Positions 42,710 to 44,596 of a DNA stretch of 44,596 bases are shown here, in pieces; within the stretch, counting starts at the first letter, position 1, and the number at the start of each line of letters is the position of its first letter. Where the stretch lies: the NCBI GenBank assembly GCA_044233495.1, contig JBIIJX010000001.1, positions 1-44,596 on the forward strand, in the 5' to 3' direction. The DNA comes from Candidatus Nanopelagicales bacterium. GTDB lineage: Bacteria > Actinomycetota > Actinomycetes > S36-B12. Position numbers and translations under genes: made by a program. The notes under the pieces were generated by a model. It ran no database searches. It was not told the origin of the DNA and was given only the letters and a program-made list of their open reading frames with translations.

Positions 42710-43909
42710 TCAGCGAGAAGTCGTCGACGCCGGAATGTAGTGATGGCGCTGGGACGGCTGGATATTCGCCCGTGACAGGTCACCGCCGTAGTGCTTCGCG
42801 ACCCGCGGATCCATGACCCTGCGCCACAGGGGAGGCACCAGGGCGAGCAGGATCATGCCTGCATAGCCGGTCGGGAGCACCGGCGACTCGTCGTCCTCAC
42901 GTGACACCCGGGCGCGCCGCGACTCGATCGCGTCGGACTCGTGATGGGCGCCATGACGCTGCAGGCGGTAGAGCAGCAGGTGCGTCAAGACGCTGTCCGA
43001 GTTCCAGCTGTGACGGGGGCGCACCGGTTCGTACTTCTCCCTGCCATTGGAGACGATCCGCTGCCGAAGCATGGCGTAGTGCTCGAGGTAGTTGACAGCC
43101 TCAAGCAGGGCGATGGCCACCATCGCCTGGATCACGAGGAAAGGCAGGACTGACCAGCCCAGCCAGACGAGCACACCGGCCCACAGCGCCGCCGTCATGA
43201 GCCATGAGTTCACGACATCGTTGTGGACACTTGCCGTTCGATGTCCCTTGCGCGCGCAGCGACGACTCTCGATGCTCCATGCGCCACGAAGCGAGCCGGA
43301 AGCGGCGCGGACGAGGAACGCGTAGTAGCTCTCACCGAGGCGACTGCTGGTCGGGTCATTCGGGGTTGCGACGCGTGCATGATGCCCGCGGTTGTGCTCG
43401 GTGTAGAGGTGGCCGTAGCCACAGGGAGCGAGTGCGATCTTCGACAGCCAGCGCTCCACCGACTCCCGCTGGTGACCGAGCTCGTGCGCGGAGTTGAACC
43501 CCAGAATGACGAGAAAGCCCAACGTCACGGCCATGCCCACCTGCTCGCCGAGCAGGAGGTCTCCGCGGGCGATGAGCCACATGCCGGCGAGGAATCCGAC
43601 GTACTGCAGGGGCAGGAAGAGGTAGGTCTGCCAACGGTAGAAGCGGTCGCGCCGGAGCTGCTCGATGAAGTCATCCGGTGAACCGCTCGGATTCAGCACT
43701 GGGATGGCATCGAGGATGGGGACCAGGCCGAGGAAGACGATCGGCCCGAGCCACAGCCAGATCCCATTGTCGGTAACGGCGAACAGGCCAATTGCGACCA
43801 AGGGAAGCAGGGGCATGACGAGGGTGACCGGCCAGAGGAGGCGCTTGAGGTCGCGCCCTGGGGTGCCCGCGATCGCGGACTCCGGGGCGATACTGGTCAT
43901 GAGCGTCAT
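42710..43909 (-). CDS. alkB: Alkane 1-monooxygenase paralog without rubredoxin, with a divergent third His-box region
   Basis: 399 aa with HELGHQ, EHNRGHH and NYLEHYA, but LQRHGAHHESDAIESRRARVSR replaces the canonical LQRHSDHHANPTRRYQ. Confidence 0.8.
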   Translation of the reverse strand: MTLMTSIAPESAIAGTPGRDLKRLLWPVTLVMPLLPLVAIGLFAVTDNGIWLWLGPIVFLGLVPILDAIPVLNPSGSPDDFIEQLRRDRFYRWQTYLFLPLQYVGFLAGMWLIARGDLLLGEQVGMAVTLGFLVILGFNSAHELGHQRESVERWLSKIALAPCGYGHLYTEHNRGHHARVATPNDPTSSRLGESYYAFLVRAASGSLRGAWSIESRRCARKGHRTASVHNDVVNSWLMTAALWAGVLVWLGWSVLPFLVIQAMVAIALLEAVNYLEHYAMLRQRIVSNGREKYEPVRPRHSWNSDSVLTHLLLYRLQRHGAHHESDAIESRRARVSREDDESPVLPTGYAGMILLALVPPLWRRVMDPRVAKHYGGDLSRANIQPSQRHHYIPASTTSR

Positions 43910-44205
43910 GTCGGTCTCCTCGCCAAGATCTGCGATCTCGTCAGATTCCCATGCTATCCGGGGACTTCCCCCTCGTCGAGATCCTGCGCTGGCACACCCC
44001 GCCCAGATCGCACGCAGTCTCCAACGCGCCGATCACGATGTCGAGCACAGGATCGAGGTCGACGAAGACAGCGACGAGCATCGAGGAGCGAAGCAGCACC
44101 AAGTGCGTCATCACGGTGACGCACAGTGCGCCGAGACTCGGCCCCGAGAATGAGTCGGGAGAGGGGTCGTTCCTGCGGTGTCATACTGGCGTGGCCAACA
44201 GGCTG

Positions 44206-44596
44206 ATGGGGGTGACGATGGTTCCCATGCGGGGACGAATCGTGGCGCTGCTCGTCGGCATCGGCCTTGTCGTATTCGCGCCATTCCCCAATTCCAGCGC
44301 CGAGGAGCCCCCGGCTCAGGCCGGTACCGTGCTGGCTGTCCTCGACACCCTCCCGGTCAAGGGCCGGGCCCCCATGACCGGCTACAGCAGGGATCTGTTC
44401 GGAGGCGACTGGTCCGATGTAGACGGCAACGGATGCGACACCCGCTCAGACGTCCTCCGACGCGACCTCGTGGAGCGCGTGATGAGCAGCCGCTGCGGCG
44501 TCATGTCCGGAGTGCTGTATCCAGACCCATTCACCGGCCGGCCGCTGACATACGTGCGGGGACGCAGCGTGGGGGGCGGCCGCCCAGTAGCGTCCC
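44206..44596 (+). CDS. Secreted HNH/DUF1524-family protein (5' part; runs off the window)
   Basis: Own translation: (MGVT)MVPMRGRIVALLVGIGLVVFAP...LPVKGRAPMTGYSRDLFGGDWSDVDGNGCDTRSDVLRRDL. The start is at 44206 or 44218. Confidence 0.6.
   Translation, partial: MGVTMVPMRGRIVALLVGIGLVVFAPFPNSSAEEPPAQAGTVLAVLDTLPVKGRAPMTGYSRDLFGGDWSDVDGNGCDTRSDVLRRDLVERVMSSRCGVMSGVLYPDPFTGRPLTYVRGRSVGGGRPVAS

Noticed and set aside
43954-44184. 76-aa minus-strand ORF and the 43665-44153 plus-strand ORF in the alkB2 upstream region
   Set aside because: Poor GC3 for this genome, Arg-rich translations, and no SD. I had looked for an alk-locus TetR regulator here, but no HTH-like sequence is present.
1-44596. CRISPR arrays, rRNA genes, IS elements, transposases, integrases
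   Set aside because: I saw no regularly spaced short repeats, no rRNA-like conserved stretches, no terminal inverted repeats with a transposase ORF, and no tyrosine or serine recombinase motifs in any frame.

Overview
High-GC, actinobacterial-type chromosomal window. GC3 bias is strong, genes are packed with ATGA/GTGA start-stop overlaps, and there are many long spurious antisense ORFs. All family names come from motif recognition by eye; no searches were run.

- **1-18 kb: aerobic CO dehydrogenase / molybdenum cofactor supercluster.** It holds moaC and two paralogous MoxR (CoxD-like) / VWA (CoxE-like) pairs in divergent orientation. A long minus-strand gene string follows: moaE-moaA-moaD | coxG2-xdhC | orf76-coxM-coxS-coxL-xdhC::YHS-coxG1, then five tandem small single-pass membrane paralogs. 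CoxL carries the form-I AYRCSFR loop. A third xdhC and mocA lie on the plus strand.
- **18-22.9 kb: housekeeping and hypothetical genes.** DUF2182-like membrane protein, SDR, phosphoribosyltransferase, a secreted protein, a membrane protein, and dcd.
- **23-30.8 kb: atypical signalling block.** A membrane kinase-like protein sits divergent from an operon of two LuxR-type response regulators, a 745-aa kinase with two membrane blocks, a FUSC-type exporter and a 45-aa membrane peptide.
- **30.8-35.8 kb: tRNA-Gly-associated segment.** tRNA-Gly(CCC) is followed by a 4.75-kb segment bounded by a 30/31-nt copy of the tRNA 3' end. It encodes only a HlyD plus two-ABC bacteriocin-type exporter, with no integrase, precursor or peptidase.
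- **36-44.6 kb: right end.** An FN3 secreted protein, a 5'-nucleotidase, an alkB-rubredoxin fusion, a Cache-HAMP sensor without an output domain, a second divergent alkB, and a partial DUF1524/HNH-like gene.

**Best candidates for undescribed biology:**
1. The extra MoxR-VWA operon with three small partners, including a GIY-YIG-like protein (2702-5660).
2. The five-paralog small membrane protein array at the end of the cox operon (5691-7079).
3. The XdhC-YHS/TRASH fusion (7676-8638).
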